Assembly (NCBI RefSeq): GCF_902652985.1
Contig: NC_047032.1
Coordinates: 3,844,001 to 3,908,000 of the forward strand
Source: Pecten maximus
Lineage: Eukaryota
Length of the DNA: 64,000 nucleotides
Direction: 5' to 3'
Shown: positions 10,543 to 25,076 of the stretch, in pieces
Numbering within the stretch: the stretch's first letter is position 1
Layout of the letters: each line of letters begins with the position of its first letter
Notes under the pieces: generated by a model
Seen by the model: only the letters and a program-made list of their open reading frames with translations
The model's database searches: none
Told to the model about the DNA's origin: nothing
Position numbers and translations under genes: made by a program

Positions 10543-13500
10543 GAATGCTAGTCGTTTCGGTAACAAGTCGTTTCGGGACTACCGAAACGACTCGAAGTCG
10601 TATCGAGTCGTTTCGGTACATTCTCAAGATATTTCGGGACATTGATAGGACGTTTCGGTAGACTTCTAAAATAATTTATATTCTATCAAAATTGTATTAA
10701 TTGCAGTTCTGTTGTTTGGTTCAACATCTGTATGTTTATTTACGATAGTTAGGGTTATGTCCCTTACTACGTTTTTTCTTCCGGGTTGTGATGAACTCTG
10801 CCACGTGCCACGGGTCAAAAGTCTGCGTAGTTAACATCCATTTGGTAATATATTCTTTTTTTTCTCTAGGAAATATTTCTGTAATGTTACGGAAAGACTT
10901 TTGACCCGAAGCTGCATAAAACTACATGAGAATATTATGGAAAATCAGCACAAAACCACAACGTACATGTAATATTTTTATTATCATTAATAACAAGCAA
11001 ATATAACAGTGTAAAAATATCAGTGTAACACACAATAATTTTAGTATAAGTTCAAAAAAAATAACAATGATGTAAAATGAAATTATATAATATAAATCAA
11101 TTAATAATAAAAACAAGTTACCACATAAATGCATATATTATATGACATGCTGTTGAAAAGCATTCGCTACACAATAAATTAATACAATATACATGTATAT
11201 CTGTGTACCCAGGACTCGGGACGTGGACCCTGCTTTTCTGAAGTCCCATATGTTTTTTTTTTTGCTTTTTTTTTTATTATTATTATATTTTTTTTTAATT
11301 CATGATATCTATCAACACTACAAACTATAAACATATCTATGGACAAAACTACGAGAGAACTACATAAGCGCTACAAAAATTAACATTGCATGATTGTACC
11401 ATCCTGGAAATAAACTAAAAAAATGTTCATTCAGCACTACAAACTATATACATATATATAAACAAAATGTTCTTCACTACTATAGCACTACATCAGCACA
11501 ACATAGCACTACACAACACTACACAACACAACACTACAGTTCATCTACATAAACACACTTTCAATGTAACAAACGTCCTATCCTCCGCATCAGCTGGGAG
11601 GTTGAAACCTCACCATCTGTATACTGTCCCCACAATCGAAACACTTCCCTCTGAATGTCCCGTGTTTTCTTCCGCTGGTATCTTGCGAGCTTGTTCTCGC
11701 AAACCATCTTTGATTGAAGGGGGATCGCGGTGGCTTCCCTGAAGAGCTCCTGCAACAACAGATAAAATGGAACGGGACCCCTGATGTTGACTCGGGAATT
11801 CAACCGGTTGTGCCACCCTTCTACGTCGTTGTTGGTTCTAATAGGCGACATGAAAATGGACGACGAGCTGACGGGGAAAGTTCTGTAGAGAAACAAAGAA
11901 TGACTTAGTAATGCGACTAACTAATAACATCGTTTTTAGGTTTTACTTTATAGTAAAACAATATCGGATTACACTGTATGCTATTTTCGAAAAAATATGA
12001 TTTCAAAACTTATATATATACATGTATGTTACATTATACAAATAGTTATTTCTTCCAACCCCTTATTTTAACGCACCTGCTTCGAATCCATGTTCTGTCG
12101 ATATAGTCCATCAGGGATGCTAATGCCGGTGATGTGACGCGGTCATCCAGCCTCATGAAAGTCTCCACAATCTGTTCTGATGGAAGGAACGGGAGACACA
12201 TCACTTGCCGAATGAAATCGTACACATCTCCTCTCTCGTTGTAGGCAGTCTGAAATAATAAGAAAAATGTAATGTTACTGTCACAATAACTTCAGTATTA
12301 TATGAGGTTTTTTTTGGCGAAGAAATTTACACGTTTTACTTCTTACTTCTCACTATTTGATAATACCATTATTACTATCATTGTCAAATGTTATCATATT
12401 GATTGCAAAGTTTAGTTTTGTCAAGTTGCATTAAATCCTTCGCCATGTTCCTGTATTCATTCCTCGTTACGCCTAAAATATAAACGCAATTCTATACCTA
12501 TAACCTTAACTATTTTGCCGTAAACTACATGTACATATTTTCTCTATCTTTCCCTAATTCTATACCTATAACCTTAACTATTTTGCCGTAAACTACATGT
12601 ATATATTTTCTCTATCTTTCCGTAATTCTTATATATGTAAAATATTTTCTATCTTATCGTAAACTACATGTACATATTTTCTCTATCTTTCCCTAATTCT
12701 ATACCTATAACCTTAACTATTTTGCCGTAAACTACATGTATATATTTTCTCTATCTTTCCGTAATTCTTATATATGTAAAATATTTTCTATCTTAGCGTA
12801 AACTACATGTATATATTTTCTCTATCTTTCCGCAATGAGAACAAATACTTTACATGGGCCCGGAGAATTTAAAAAAAAAATAATTTCGGCATTTACATAC
12901 TTTCTTGTTAACTTTCTTTCAATATAAGTATGTTGTCATAAAGCCTATGTTTAATGCTTTTTACATTATAAAAAAAACTGTTGCCGTACTTTCTTTCAAA
13001 ATAAGAAATGGTATCTAAGAAATAGCCATAAAACCTGTGTTATGATATTAAAATAATGTAATAAAATATGTCAATACAGACTATTAGAATATCAACAATT
13101 TGTCTTGTTTAATTTCCATAGGAAAGGCCCCTGTAATCGCATTTTAAATTCTAAACATGTAACAATTTTTTTCACAACACTCACCTGAATTGCACGTTCT
13201 ATGTTGCCATCTGGAGCACTTGTCACACTCAAGACCCTCCTGTCGAGGACGAACGGGTTTCGTACACGCGACACAAAGATCCGATGAAGACATGTTGAGA
13301 GATTCAATTGATAGGTGCCAATTGGTGACAGTATTTAATATACCCACTAGGTATAATTATGTTTTCTTACAAGAGTCGCCCCAATTAGTGTAATAATCAG
13401 CTGGTATGCGCCCGTAAGTAATTAATTAATTATGTTTTCTCACCAGGGTCGCGTCACTCCACCGTCGTACGTAAAGCACACATCAATCAGCGCCGACTAA

Positions 13501-13876
13501 GAAAACATAGTTTGTATTAATGATACAATTGTTTTCAAAATCAGCAGTAATCATTGATTAATAATGTATCAATTATCTACGGGTGCAGCTTCAATAATAA
13601 AATAATAAAAAGATAAATACACAATATCAAGGAATAAATACACAATATCAAGGAATTATACATATACATGTATATGATATCAAAGTAATGAAATCAACCT
13701 GTATAGACTTTATTTCTCGGGCATGGGTTGTTATAACAATTTTTGAAAATTATCTCCCGAAACGACCCGAACTTCTACCGAAACGACCCGAACTTCTACC
13801 GAAACGACTTCCGAATGTCCCGAAACGACTTCCGAAAAAGTCCCGAAACGACTTGTTACCGAAACGACCTGTTACC
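10543..13876 (-). mobile_element. Mutator/MULE DNA transposon copy 1 (both TIRs, internally deleted; keeps the 5' PHD exon and last two transposase exons)
   Basis: TIRs gtcgtttcggtaacaagtcgtttcgggact / agtcccgaaacgacttgttaccgaaacgac with subterminal cgaaacga repeats. LCVACTKPVRPRQEGLECDKCSRWQHRTC (PHD) at ~13185-13293; RTNNDVEGWHN at 11561-11882. Confidence 0.85.
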
Positions 13877-16084
13877 GTCTGCCCTTAGCACGTGCTCGGT
13901 GTAAACATGGCGAGCCAGCTGGCTAGTCCGGTGATCTGAGGCTTGGTTACCAAAAAGTCCAAATTTCCAATGAAATAAACCGAGATTGATGTTGAAGTTG
14001 ATATTTTTAAAACAAGTTATATATACTGGTTACATGCATGTAAGAATATTAAAAAAAATAACGCATGTATTTCAAATAATTTGCAAACAAGAAATATCTT
14101 TAAAAAAGATTAACGGCATAGTTTTAATGCTGGTGGTTATAATGTAAAACTACTGGTGAAATAAATTAACGAACTACGATGTAATTAATAAATGCCCAGT
14201 TTCAGCACGGATAACAAAATTATATCAGTTTGAATCATTTTTGGTGATAAATTAAGGGACATCACGGTAAAAACGTTGCAATTTTCACTGAATGTACGCG
14301 TTTTGTTCCTTTCCAGTTATGTTTCTGTGCTGTTCCAATGTTGACAGTCAATCCCCAATGTCCAGCTTGACCACTCGATTCAGTTGGGAATCCCCCTCTA
14401 AATTAAGCGCGGAAATTATTTTTAGATCATTACGTGACTGTTTTGAAATCGTGGCAACACAAACACACGATAGTTTGCAAGGCGATATCTGTATTCCATC
14501 TGGGTTAGTTGGATAACGATATTATACACAGTGGTTTAAATGTTAAATAACACGTTCTGTAAATATTACGGCACACATATTTATGTGTAAATAAGTGTAA
14601 ACACTGTTCATATAGTATAGTGACAGTAGCGATGTACTGGTACAGACTGTATTTATGTAAATATTACCGAGATTATCATGACCTACTATCAAACAATCAA
14701 GCAGAATACGAGCGGCGTCCGTATTACTGCTGTTTTCATGTTTGAACTGTTACAATCTATTGTACTACTTCCCAAGTTTAATTCTAGGATTGTGTTTGAT
14801 CCATTTTCCTATTATTCTCTTCATTGCGGAAGCTGTTATAGTTTTCAACCGCAGTCGATTCACATTGGAAGCCATTTTTGTTTCCGTATATGTCACAACA
14901 TTTGCATATTCAGCATTTTGCATTGACCGCTACATTGACCAATCACATACTTCATCTTCACCAGAACGCCACCTGTCGCGTCATATCCGGGGCCAAAACC
15001 AAATTAGACGGCTATGCCGAAAAACGTGAATAGTCACGCTTGATTGCGGCAGAGACCTATATATACATTTGTAGGTCTCTGATTGCGGGATACAATGACC
15101 CACTGAAAAATGAAAATCGGCGATTTCAAGAGCAATATTTATTTATATGAAATTTTGCTGGCACGGTTAAGTGACAAACATAAACACAAACAAATGTAGA
15201 GAAAAGGAGTTTAATCAGTCTATCCGTTAAGGAAAAATATCGAAAGCTCGGGCTCGGCTCGGGATATGAGAAATGACCTCCACCACGAACAAGGTAACAC
15301 CGTATAACATGAAACGGTGTAGCGTGTACTATGCAAGTAGAACGAATAAGCATACCTTGCTTTCACTCCGTTCCCGGCAGGGTATGAAGTCCCTCCCATT
15401 GCCGATAGTGTAGCACGGCCCGATGTGATATTTTTCAGATAACATCCAACTGTAAATTATTGTTCTGGCAACTTTGACTAATATTCAATTCACAAACCTA
15501 CCAATTATAATGTTTATATATAAGCGGTAAAAGTCGGAGCAAACACAACGTACACATAAATCTGTTCAAATACGCCGCCATGTTTGATTTACATATTCCT
15601 TATAAGGAAACTGTAACGAAATGGACTGTCTGCGACAGGCTACCAGTTGAAAACTTTTTGAAGTTTAAAAGTCGGAAAATTAAGAAAAGTTGTTCTGAAA
15701 CTAGATTATTTAAAGTTTTATTTGTAATTTACATGAAAGAAGTTTTTGAAAATCGTGCTAAAAGTCTGTGTCATCATATTTACTATCGTAGTAAAATCTG
15801 TAGGTCATTCCATATAAGGTAAACTTACCATAATTGGAGCGCGAGACTTTCCAACGAGAAGTGTCATGGCGGCCAAACAAGCCATACTGAAGCTGTGACT
15901 TAGAGAAATGTGCGTAGTGACACGATATAAACATGATGGTAGGTAGGTTAATAAATTATCAGTTTATGCTAGAAATGTGTAATAATACTGAATTTAAATG
16001 CAAATTTACATGACACTCACTAGTTGTATCATTTTCACCGCTGGATGTTTTGCAACACTACGGTCAATGGGACGGAATCGTAGC
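13877..16084. repeat. copy 2 of the duplicated 2.2-kb block, starting exactly at the MULE terminus
   Basis: ...gaaacgacctgttacc|gtctgcccttagcacg matches 8340 onward. Confidence 0.95.
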
Positions 16085-19000
16085 GAATGCTAGTCGTTTC
16101 GGTAACAAGTCGTTTCGGGACTACCGAAACGACTCGAAGTCGTATCGAGTCGTTTCGGTACATTCTCAAGATATTTCGGGACATTGATAGGACGTTTCGG
16201 TAGACTTCTAAAATAATTTATATTCTATCAAAATTGTATTAATTGCAGTTCTGTTGTTTGGTTCAACATCTGTATGTTTATTTACGATAGTTAGGGTTAT
16301 GTCCCTTACTACGTTTTTTCTTCCGGGTTGTGATGAACTCTGCCACGTGCCACGGGTCAAAAGTCTGCGTAGTTAACATCCATTTGGTAATATATTCTTT
16401 TTTTTCTCTAGGAAATATTTCTGTAATGTTACGGAAAGACTTTTGACCCGAAGCTGCATAAAACTACATGAGAATATTATGGAAAATCAGCACAAAACCA
16501 CAACGTACATGTAATGTTTTTATTATCATTAATAACAAGCAAATATAACAGTGTAAAAATATCAGTGTAACACACAATAATTTTAGTATAAGTTCAAAAA
16601 AAATAACAATGATGTAAAATGAAATTATATAATATAAATCAATTAATAATAAAAACAAGTTACCACATAAATGCATATATTATATGACATGCTGTTGAAA
16701 AGCATTCGCTACACAATAAATTAATACAATATACATGTATATCTGTGTACCCAGGACTCGGGACGTGGACCCTGCTTTTCTGAAGTCCGATATGTTTTTT
16801 TTTTGCTTTTTTTTTTAATTATTATTATATTTTTTAAAATTCATGATATCTATCAACACTACAAACTATAAACATATCTATGGACAAAACTACGAGAGAA
16901 CTACATAAGTGCTACAAAAATTAACATTGCATGATTGTACCATCCTGGAAATAAACTTAAAAAATGTTCATTCAGCACTATAAACTATATACATATCTAT
17001 AAACAAAATGTTCTTCACTACTATAGCACTACATCAGCACAACATAGCACTACACAACACTACACAACACAACACTACAGTTCATCTACATAAACACACT
17101 TTCAATGTAACAAACGTCCTATCCTCCGCATCAGCTGGGAGGTTGAAACCTCACCATCTGTATACTGTCCCCACAATCGAAACACTTCCCTCTGAATGTC
17201 CCGTGTTTTCTTCCGCTGGTATCTTGCGAGCTTGTTCTCGCAAACCATCTTTGATTGAAGGGGGATCGCGGTGGCTTCCCTGAAGAGCTCCTGCAACAAC
17301 AGATAAAATGGAACGGGACCCCTGATGTTGACTCGGGAATTCAACCGGTTGTGCCACCCTTCTACGTCGTTGTTGGTTCTAATAGGCGACATGAAAATGG
17401 ACGACGAGCTGACGGGGAAAGTTCTGTAGAGAAACAAAGAATGCCTTAGTAATGCGACTAACTAATAACATCGTTTTTAGGTTTTACTTTATAGTAAAAC
17501 AATATCGGATTACACTGTATGCTATTTTCGAAAAAATATGATTTCAAAACTAATATATATACATGTATGTTACATTATACAAATAGTTATTTCTTCCAAC
17601 CCCTTATTTTAACGCACCTGCTTCGAATCCATGTTCTGTCGATATAGTCCATCAGGGATGCTAATGCCGGTGATGTGACGCGGTCATCCAGCCTCATGAC
17701 AGTCTCCACAATCTGTTCTGATGGAAGGAACGGGAGACACATCACTTGCCGAATGAAATCGTACACATCTCCTCTCTCGTTGTAGGCAGTCTGAAATAAT
17801 AAGAAAAATGTAATGTTACTGTCACAATAGCTTCAGTATCATATGATTTAAAACTACATACAAAATTTTCTGTTTTTTTCTTTTATATTCAGATATAGGT
17901 ATATACTTTTTACGAGAAATTCAAATATTCTATTTAACTATTTATTTCAATAACTAATTTCTTAACCTATACACTTTACAATACCTGTAATCCGAGCTCC
18001 TGAACTTTCCGGAACACAGCTTGTGACCAGTGGAATGCACAACCCTGTATCCGACAGTCCGGATATCTCTGGCGGATAGTCTGCCACACGGCTGCCTCGA
18101 AGTCCACAACGCACAGTTCCAGACGGATGTCATCAGGCAGTTGGCGGTCGATGGATCGCGGAGTACCTACAAAAAATACAGAATTATGATTTGGAAAATG
18201 ATAATAAAAAAGAGGTATTATTTGTTATCCATAATTTATTTTATTATTTATATATTAGTGTATCATAAATGAATTAAATTGTTTATTGATAAATTAGTTA
18301 TCTTAAATATTGCAACATTTGATATGTATATGAAGACCTTTGCTGTAATTACCTCATAATAATCCTCTGTTCGCTTTCCAGACATAAAACAGAATGCCAG
18401 AGGTATCTGTTTCATGCTGGAACCAGACCTAATGAACCCATGGATACTAAACAGCTGTGTGGAGGGAGGCTTGACCACGTGGAACGTTGCATCCATGTAC
18501 CAGGTCTTGGTCTTCGCAAGGAGGCTGAGTTGATGGTCTGTTGCAAGAATAAGATGGCGGCGTTCATTCACATTCAGGTCCCTCAACATAAAACCAGGAG
18601 CTGTCGATTCAACGAAATCTCTATCCAGCTAGAAGCAGAAAGCAACAAAATGAAAAACAGGCCTTACTTCTTACTATTTGATAATACCATTATTACTATC
18701 ATTGTCAAATGTTATCATATTGATTGCAAAGTTTACTTGTAAAGCTATGAAATTTATACATTTCGTTTGTTCGAAGAAGTTAATAGCTGTTCCCTAATTT
18801 CAACATACCTGGAAATCCATATGGCCTGGATCCTTTGGTCGCATGGACTGACGCATTCTGTTGATGGACCTTACTATGTTGGCAACTTTCGGTCGACTGT
18901 GTTCCGGCTGAGCTGTGTCGGCAAGGTCCTGGACGATGTCGGAAGCAATCCTGGGCGCGGATACAGTGAACACGTTCTCCTTGGCCTGGGAAAGCGCCTG

Positions 19001-19304
19001 GAATTAATGAAATAATTATATCAAAATAGGTCTATTAACAATAATCTCATTTCGTTACAATTTGAAAATGGGTTTTCCCAAATGGATGAAATAGTATCTG
19101 TTAGATTTTGATGATATTTGTAAAACATGTATTATCAGATAATACCGTCATCAGAATATATATACAAAATGGTTTATATAAGGTATTTATATCATCATTA
19201 TGATAGACTTACCTCTGCACGGATTTTGACCGTAGTCAATATACCCGGTTGTCCAGGATGAAGATGCTGTTTCTTCCCCTCAGTGTTCCCTGTCTGTATA
19301 ATGG

Positions 19305-19783
19305 CATCTTCGCTAGCCAAGGCTTCTGATTACGTTACACTCCACGAACCCTTGGCAGATATAGGCGTCAGTTCTGGCCCTCTAGCGGTGATTCGAAATT
19401 ACCACCCTTCACGCATGAAATTTTCGACCAATCAAAACAAGCGTTACCGATTTACTTCATCGGTGATGTTTACAAACACACATCGAGGTTTGGTGTCATT
19501 TCGTTGAGATATGTGATCAATGACTTATATGAATTGATCAAACACTGCGAATGTTCCCCCAAAGATTGTGATTTTTGTATTTAGGTAAAATGCCATGACA
19601 TAGTCGGCAATGTAGCTCTGTACTGGGTGCCGCATTTTTTGTTTACTGCGAAACCAAGCCAGAATGTAAAACGCGATTTGATTGGGTGCCCTGGGATTCC
19701 AGGGCGCGACGGTTTGAACACGACTATATCCGCCAAGGGTTCGTGGAGTGTAACGTAATCAGAAGCCTTGGCTAGCGAAGATG
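19305..19783. mobile_element. 479-bp MITE with ~65-bp TIRs and 9-bp TSD, inserted in the MULE FLYWCH exon
   Basis: gtataatgg|catcttcgctagccaaggcttctgattacg...cgtaatcagaagccttggctagcgaagatg|gtataatgg. Confidence 0.92.
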
Positions 19784-20150
19784 GTATAATGGTAGCAGGA
19801 CAATTCAGCGCCTTGCCTCTCTTAATGCATCTCTAAAACACCCAAGTGTCGGTACACCTTGACTTCTAAAATGGAAATATAATGCTTACTATATGAACTA
19901 TAGTTATTTTAGAGTATTTCTTTCTTATGATTCTTTCTTTTTTAATGCTAACGCTAGTAGTAGTAAAGCAGTAGCAATAACATGGAGTATATATGTATTG
20001 TTAAGGGTATATTCCTGTAGTAATTTTCTTTCTTTCTTTTTTATTTGAAGTAATGACTTGTCTGATTCTCCTTATTTTGCGCAGTATTTTTATAGCGATA
20101 TTTAGAGGTATTGCTTACCAAGACAGTGTAGCTATAGCCATTGCTATCAA

Positions 20151-21285
20151 CAGAGACATATATACAGAGAGATTGGCAGCTCTCTATTTGCCCTTGTGTT
20201 TACATAGTGGCCCCTGACCTTCCCACAATCCTTTGCGGTCGCTCGGTTCAGTCTTCACTAGACGCCATATTGGAGAAAACTTGAAAACCAGACACATAAT
20301 TATCGATAATTTCTATTTGAAATCATCACCAAGATCCAATTATGTGCTTTAATTTTATTAATATCAAAGTGCAGAAGTGTCATCAATATGAAATATATCA
20401 CAATTTGCTGTCGAAGTGTTTGTATTTTGAGTATGAAAGTCAAGCACAACGCAGGAAAGATCGGCGGGAATCTCCAATTTTCGAAAAGTCCCTATGGGGT
20501 TTTCGAGAATACGGATAAATGACAACAATGTGCATGATAATCAAGACCACATTCCATAAGTATGATAGTTTTTGGTTAATGTGGTAACTTTTGTAGTGGC
20601 CAAAATAAAACGATGTGCTTTTTGTGTGCGTTTAAAATTGACGATGTTTTGGTCTGACGTAATGGCGGCTATTTACAAACTTGGACATGTCGAATAGGAC
20701 CCAATGGATTTTAGAAAATACGGATAAATGGCAACAATGTGCATGATCAATAAGACTATATCACATAAGTATGATAGTTTTTGGTTAATGTGGTAACTTT
20801 TGTAGTGGCCTAAGTAAAACGATGTGCTTTTTGTGTGCGTTTAAAATTGACGATGTTTTGGTCTGACGTAATGGCGGCTTAATTACAAACTTGGACATGT
20901 CGAATAGGACCCAATGGATTTTCGAAAATACGGATAAATGACAGCAATATGCATGATCAGTAAGACTATATCCCATAAGTTTGATAGTTTTTGGTTAATG
21001 TGGTAACTTTTGTAGTGGCCAAAATAAAACGATGTGCTTTCTGTGTGTATTTAAAATGACGATGTTTTGGTCTGACGTAATGGCGGATTAACCAGAACAT
21101 GTCGAATAAGTTCCAACACTACGATACACACATGCGCATAGCCCGATTTACCTGCGCTCGTGTGTGTTTGATAGGAGACAGGATGCTCTCGATAAGGGAT
21201 ATGCTTGAGTGGTCACGAATAAAGGGAGCCACTATGTGTACGAGGAAATAGCGATGTTACTAATCTCTCTGTATATATGTCTCTG
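20151..21285. mobile_element. 1135-bp non-autonomous P-element-like transposon (7-bp TSD) with an internal ~210-bp triplication
   Basis: ctatcaa|cagagacatatatacagagagatt...aatctctctgtatatatgtctctg|ctatcaa; CA...TG termini. Confidence 0.85.
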
Positions 21286-22652
21286 CTATCAACTAGCTTT
21301 CGGTTTCCACGCTTGGAACCTTGGCTGACCTCCTGGTAAGATGTTGGCAGATCTTCCGGTTCCACATCATCAAGAGTTGAAGTCTCAAGTGGCAAGGATT
21401 CCTCATGTGTCGCTTCGGTTACCTGGAATGCCGTTGAGATGTTAAAGGAATCATCTGCTGGCTCCTCTGGATCTGGACGATTGCAGAGTGCACACGACCA
21501 GTCAAGTTGCATTAAATCCTTCGCCATGTTCCTGTATTCATTCCTCGTTACGCCTAAAATATAAACGCAATTATATACCAAAAACCTTAACTATTTTGCC
21601 GTAAACTACATGTAAAATATTTTCTATCTTAGCGTAAACTACATGTATATATTTTCTCTATCTTTCCGTAATTCTTATATATGTAAAATATTTTCTATCT
21701 TACCGTAAACTACATGTATATATTTTCTCTATCTTTTCGTAATTCTTATATATGTAAAATATTTTCTATCTTAGCGTAAACTACATGTAAAATATTTTCT
21801 ATCTTACCGTAAACTACATGTATATATTTTCTCTATCTTCTCGTAATTCTTATATATGTAAAATATTTTCTATCTTACCGTAAACTACATGTATATATTT
21901 TCTCTATCTTCTCGTAATTCTATACCAATAACCTTAACTATTTTGCCGTAAACTACATGTATATATTTTCTCTATCTTTCCGTAATTCTTATATATGTAA
22001 AATATTTTCTATCTTACCGTCAGCTCTGACGACGACCATCTGTCAGAAATCTTCCGCGAAATTAATGGTTATTGTGATAGAAACGAAAGCGGAAGTAATA
22101 AAAAGTGGAAATCCCGATGATCTAGTCGAAGGCGGTGACGGCGCAATGAAACCAGTCTTTGCCTGAGAATTGCAAAAGTTTGAGAAGGATCAAGTCAAAG
22201 GTCAAGTTAATATAACACCAGATCATTATTTTATGTCGTACGCTTTGTTGTAATGATGTTATAAAAGTACACGGCTAGTTTATACTGTCTGTCCATGATA
22301 TATTCTGAAGCCAGTGAGGGGGTGGTATATGATTACATCGTTTTAAGTGTTTGTTTTACATTTATTTGTATTTGGTCCTGGTTAATAGAATATTGTCTGC
22401 TCAAACAGTTTTTGTCATGCAACCTGGCAATGGTGGCCAAGACAATGGTGTGATTAAAAAGAAGTATTGGGAAATTAATCGTAATTGTACCAAAAACGAA
22501 AGAGGAAGTAAAAAGATGGAAATTCCGATGACGTAATGGGTAAATTTTATCAAACAGAGAAAACAGCCGAGGTGGCACGGACGCAGTGAATCTTTCCCAA
22601 GAATGTCGTAACATTTAGAAGCGTCAAGTCAACGACCAAGTGTTAATTTAAC

Positions 22653-22685
22653 CAGAGACCTATATACTATATATATAGGTCTCTG
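22653..22685. mobile_element. P-element-like excision footprint (33 bp); duplicated at 26696-26728
   Basis: atttaac|cagagacctatatactatatatataggtctctg|atttaac. Confidence 0.8.
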
Positions 22686-25076
22686 ATTTAACGTAAGGTA
22701 ATTATCTGATATGGTGTTAGCCTCATTGTAACAATGTATTGTACTTTACCGCCTTGTCAGGCTTGTGAACCTAATGTGTATTAATATCACTCCAAATAAA
22801 GTGACTAATTTCGTTTTATAAAATAATAACATACAGTCTATGGACAAAAGTAGTGGAACGATAATCGTTCCACGATGACGGTTTTCGCGTTGTCAAAGTC
22901 GGAACTATAAATGCGGTATATAAAGCACATCGACACCGCTTACATCATCGGAAAGGTCATGGTCTCGTGCTTTGATTGGCGTTCTATTTTTGTCGTCTGC
23001 TAGCATGGTTTTTGTTTACAAATAGAAGAAGCGAGATGGAGCCAAATTTGAGGTACGCGAGTGAAGGCCAGAAACAAACTGTGGTAGCTATGGTTCAGAA
23101 AGGCGTATCTTTCCAAAAAGTTGGTGAGCTACTGAATATGCCTAAAACTATGGCAAGCCGTTTTAATATTTAATACCTAATGTAGCTTAAGTCAAATAGT
23201 TTTTCGACTTAAGTTAAAAAGATTTCAGCTTAAGCTGAAAATCTTTTCAGCTTAAGTTGAAATCTTTTCAGCTTAAGTTGAAATCTTTTCAGCTTAAGTT
23301 GAATAAAGACATAATGCAAAAAAAGTTTTTTTTAGCTTAAGTTAAAAAGATTTCAACCGAAAAGAAAAAACAGACATCATAATGTTAAAAGAATTCAACT
23401 TAAGCTAAAAAGATGTTGTTTTGATTAAATGAATAACTGTCTACGCCTTATGACATGGAATCGCCCATTTTGACCTTGAAAAGTCAATCAGCTTTGTATT
23501 GTAACGTTATGCTTCAGTGATTCAGATACAATAGTACCTGTGTAGGCTGGCCAGAACCATTTGAATCAATGGTTATACCCCAACATATCCTCTGCTGACA
23601 CAGGGTACAGGTAATGTTCATGGTGTTGTTAGAGGGGGAGAACAATGGGGACTAATTGCAGGAAGATGGGGTGGGGGATGGACTCATCACAGATAAGGCA
23701 TCATCTGTTTAGGGAAAGGGGATGATATCTCACATATACTGTAAACGATTTACATTTACATATCACAGTGAAAATGATGTTACTTTAAATCAATTAAAAT
23801 CAAAACATTAATCAAATATATGACACAATAAATTGTATGTTTGAATGAAAGATATTCAAACATACATACTTGTTAGCAACACGGACCTGTATATCAGATA
23901 ACATATATCCATGTTAGTAAGATCAGTTTTTTTTTCCAGCTTCTTTATAGTTAAACAATTCCCTTAAATGATTTATGAAGTAGATTTCAATTTCAGACAT
24001 CAAATTCTCTACGTTTGCTCGTGGCAAAAATCTGTTACTTATTTCTACTCAGTATTCTCGTTAACTTAAAAAAATGAACTGTTGCGATAGAATTGCTTGA
24101 TATATACTGTTGTACATGTATTTACGGATCAGGTCCTGATGTGATGGACATTTTAGGATCAAAGAGAAATTCATCATCAATATATCACCAGACGTAAAAT
24201 TAAAAGTAAAAGTTAATCTCAATAAAACCAAAGTCATATTTGATAAAAGAAAAAGTTATGCACAAAATAGATCTATTTGTTTTTCTCTTTTTCATGAAGA
24301 GCTGGATACACGGATAGTTACTCTTTTCTATATCTATCAGTATAATGGCAGCTTTTGTAAAGCAAGAAAAAAATTGTTGAACATGCAGGGTTAATAAACA
24401 ATGAATTGAGGAATTACTGAATGAAATTAATGTGCTGAAGATCCACATTTAAGGAACTGCATTTATACCTGGTTTGAATGTTATTGATTATTTGCTTATG
24501 CCTTTTACTTTATTTCAAATTGTGATTTTTTTTTTACCAAAAATGTGAGAATGGTAAATAATGAAATGCAGACAATCAAGGTGATAACAGAAATGTCAGG
24601 GGCCGGTTGTTTGAACGTTCATTAAATTAAACCATCATTAAAGTATCATTAAGCCTTAATGATTCATTAAATATCAAATGATTGATTAGTTAATGAATCA
24701 TTAAAAATGTGTTGTTGGAAAGTTCATTTAAGGGATCATTAACAAATTAAGGTTTAATGAAGACTTAATGACGGATCCACAATTAAACCATCATTAACTG
24801 TGGGGATTCCCTCTTCCCATAATGGGGCATTTATTGGTGGGAGATCAGAAAGATGAAACAATTCTTTGGTGAAATGTAGGAGGATTATACGAGTGATGGA
24901 GTAATGATATTAGCGTCCAAATGAATAAATGTCTGTTATTTTGGTCCTTAGTGATACTCCAGGGTGACTGAAGATGTTTATGACTTGATATTAGAGGAAT
25001 TTTGGTGAGTGAAGCTGTCGTATTATTAAAGTAAAGACACTATGTTATACTTCTGTGATGCACTCACTATTAAAGA

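Larger units (their letters stand above)
17102..21553 (-). pseudogene. spliced PHD-FLYWCH-MULE (DDE) transposase, disrupted
   Basis: GT-AG exons 17102-17423, 17618-17790, 17985-18166 (182 nt, frameshift), 18353-18628, 18809-18997, ~19213-19866, ~20119-21553. Motifs WYMDATF, VVDFEAA, GCAFHWSQA, RTNNDVEGWHN; FLYWCH-like KLVDSNGYSY...CPA...HLHP. Confidence 0.87.
16085..22020 (-). mobile_element. Mutator/MULE transposon copy 2 (one TIR, truncated at ~22020, two nested MITEs)
   Basis: Same TIR as 10543; retains the middle transposase exons that copy 1 lacks. Confidence 0.88.

Noticed and set aside
8735-11134. Duplicated small ORFs (also 14292-16676)
   Set aside because: No recognisable motifs or splice-consistent structure; they recur only because the block is duplicated
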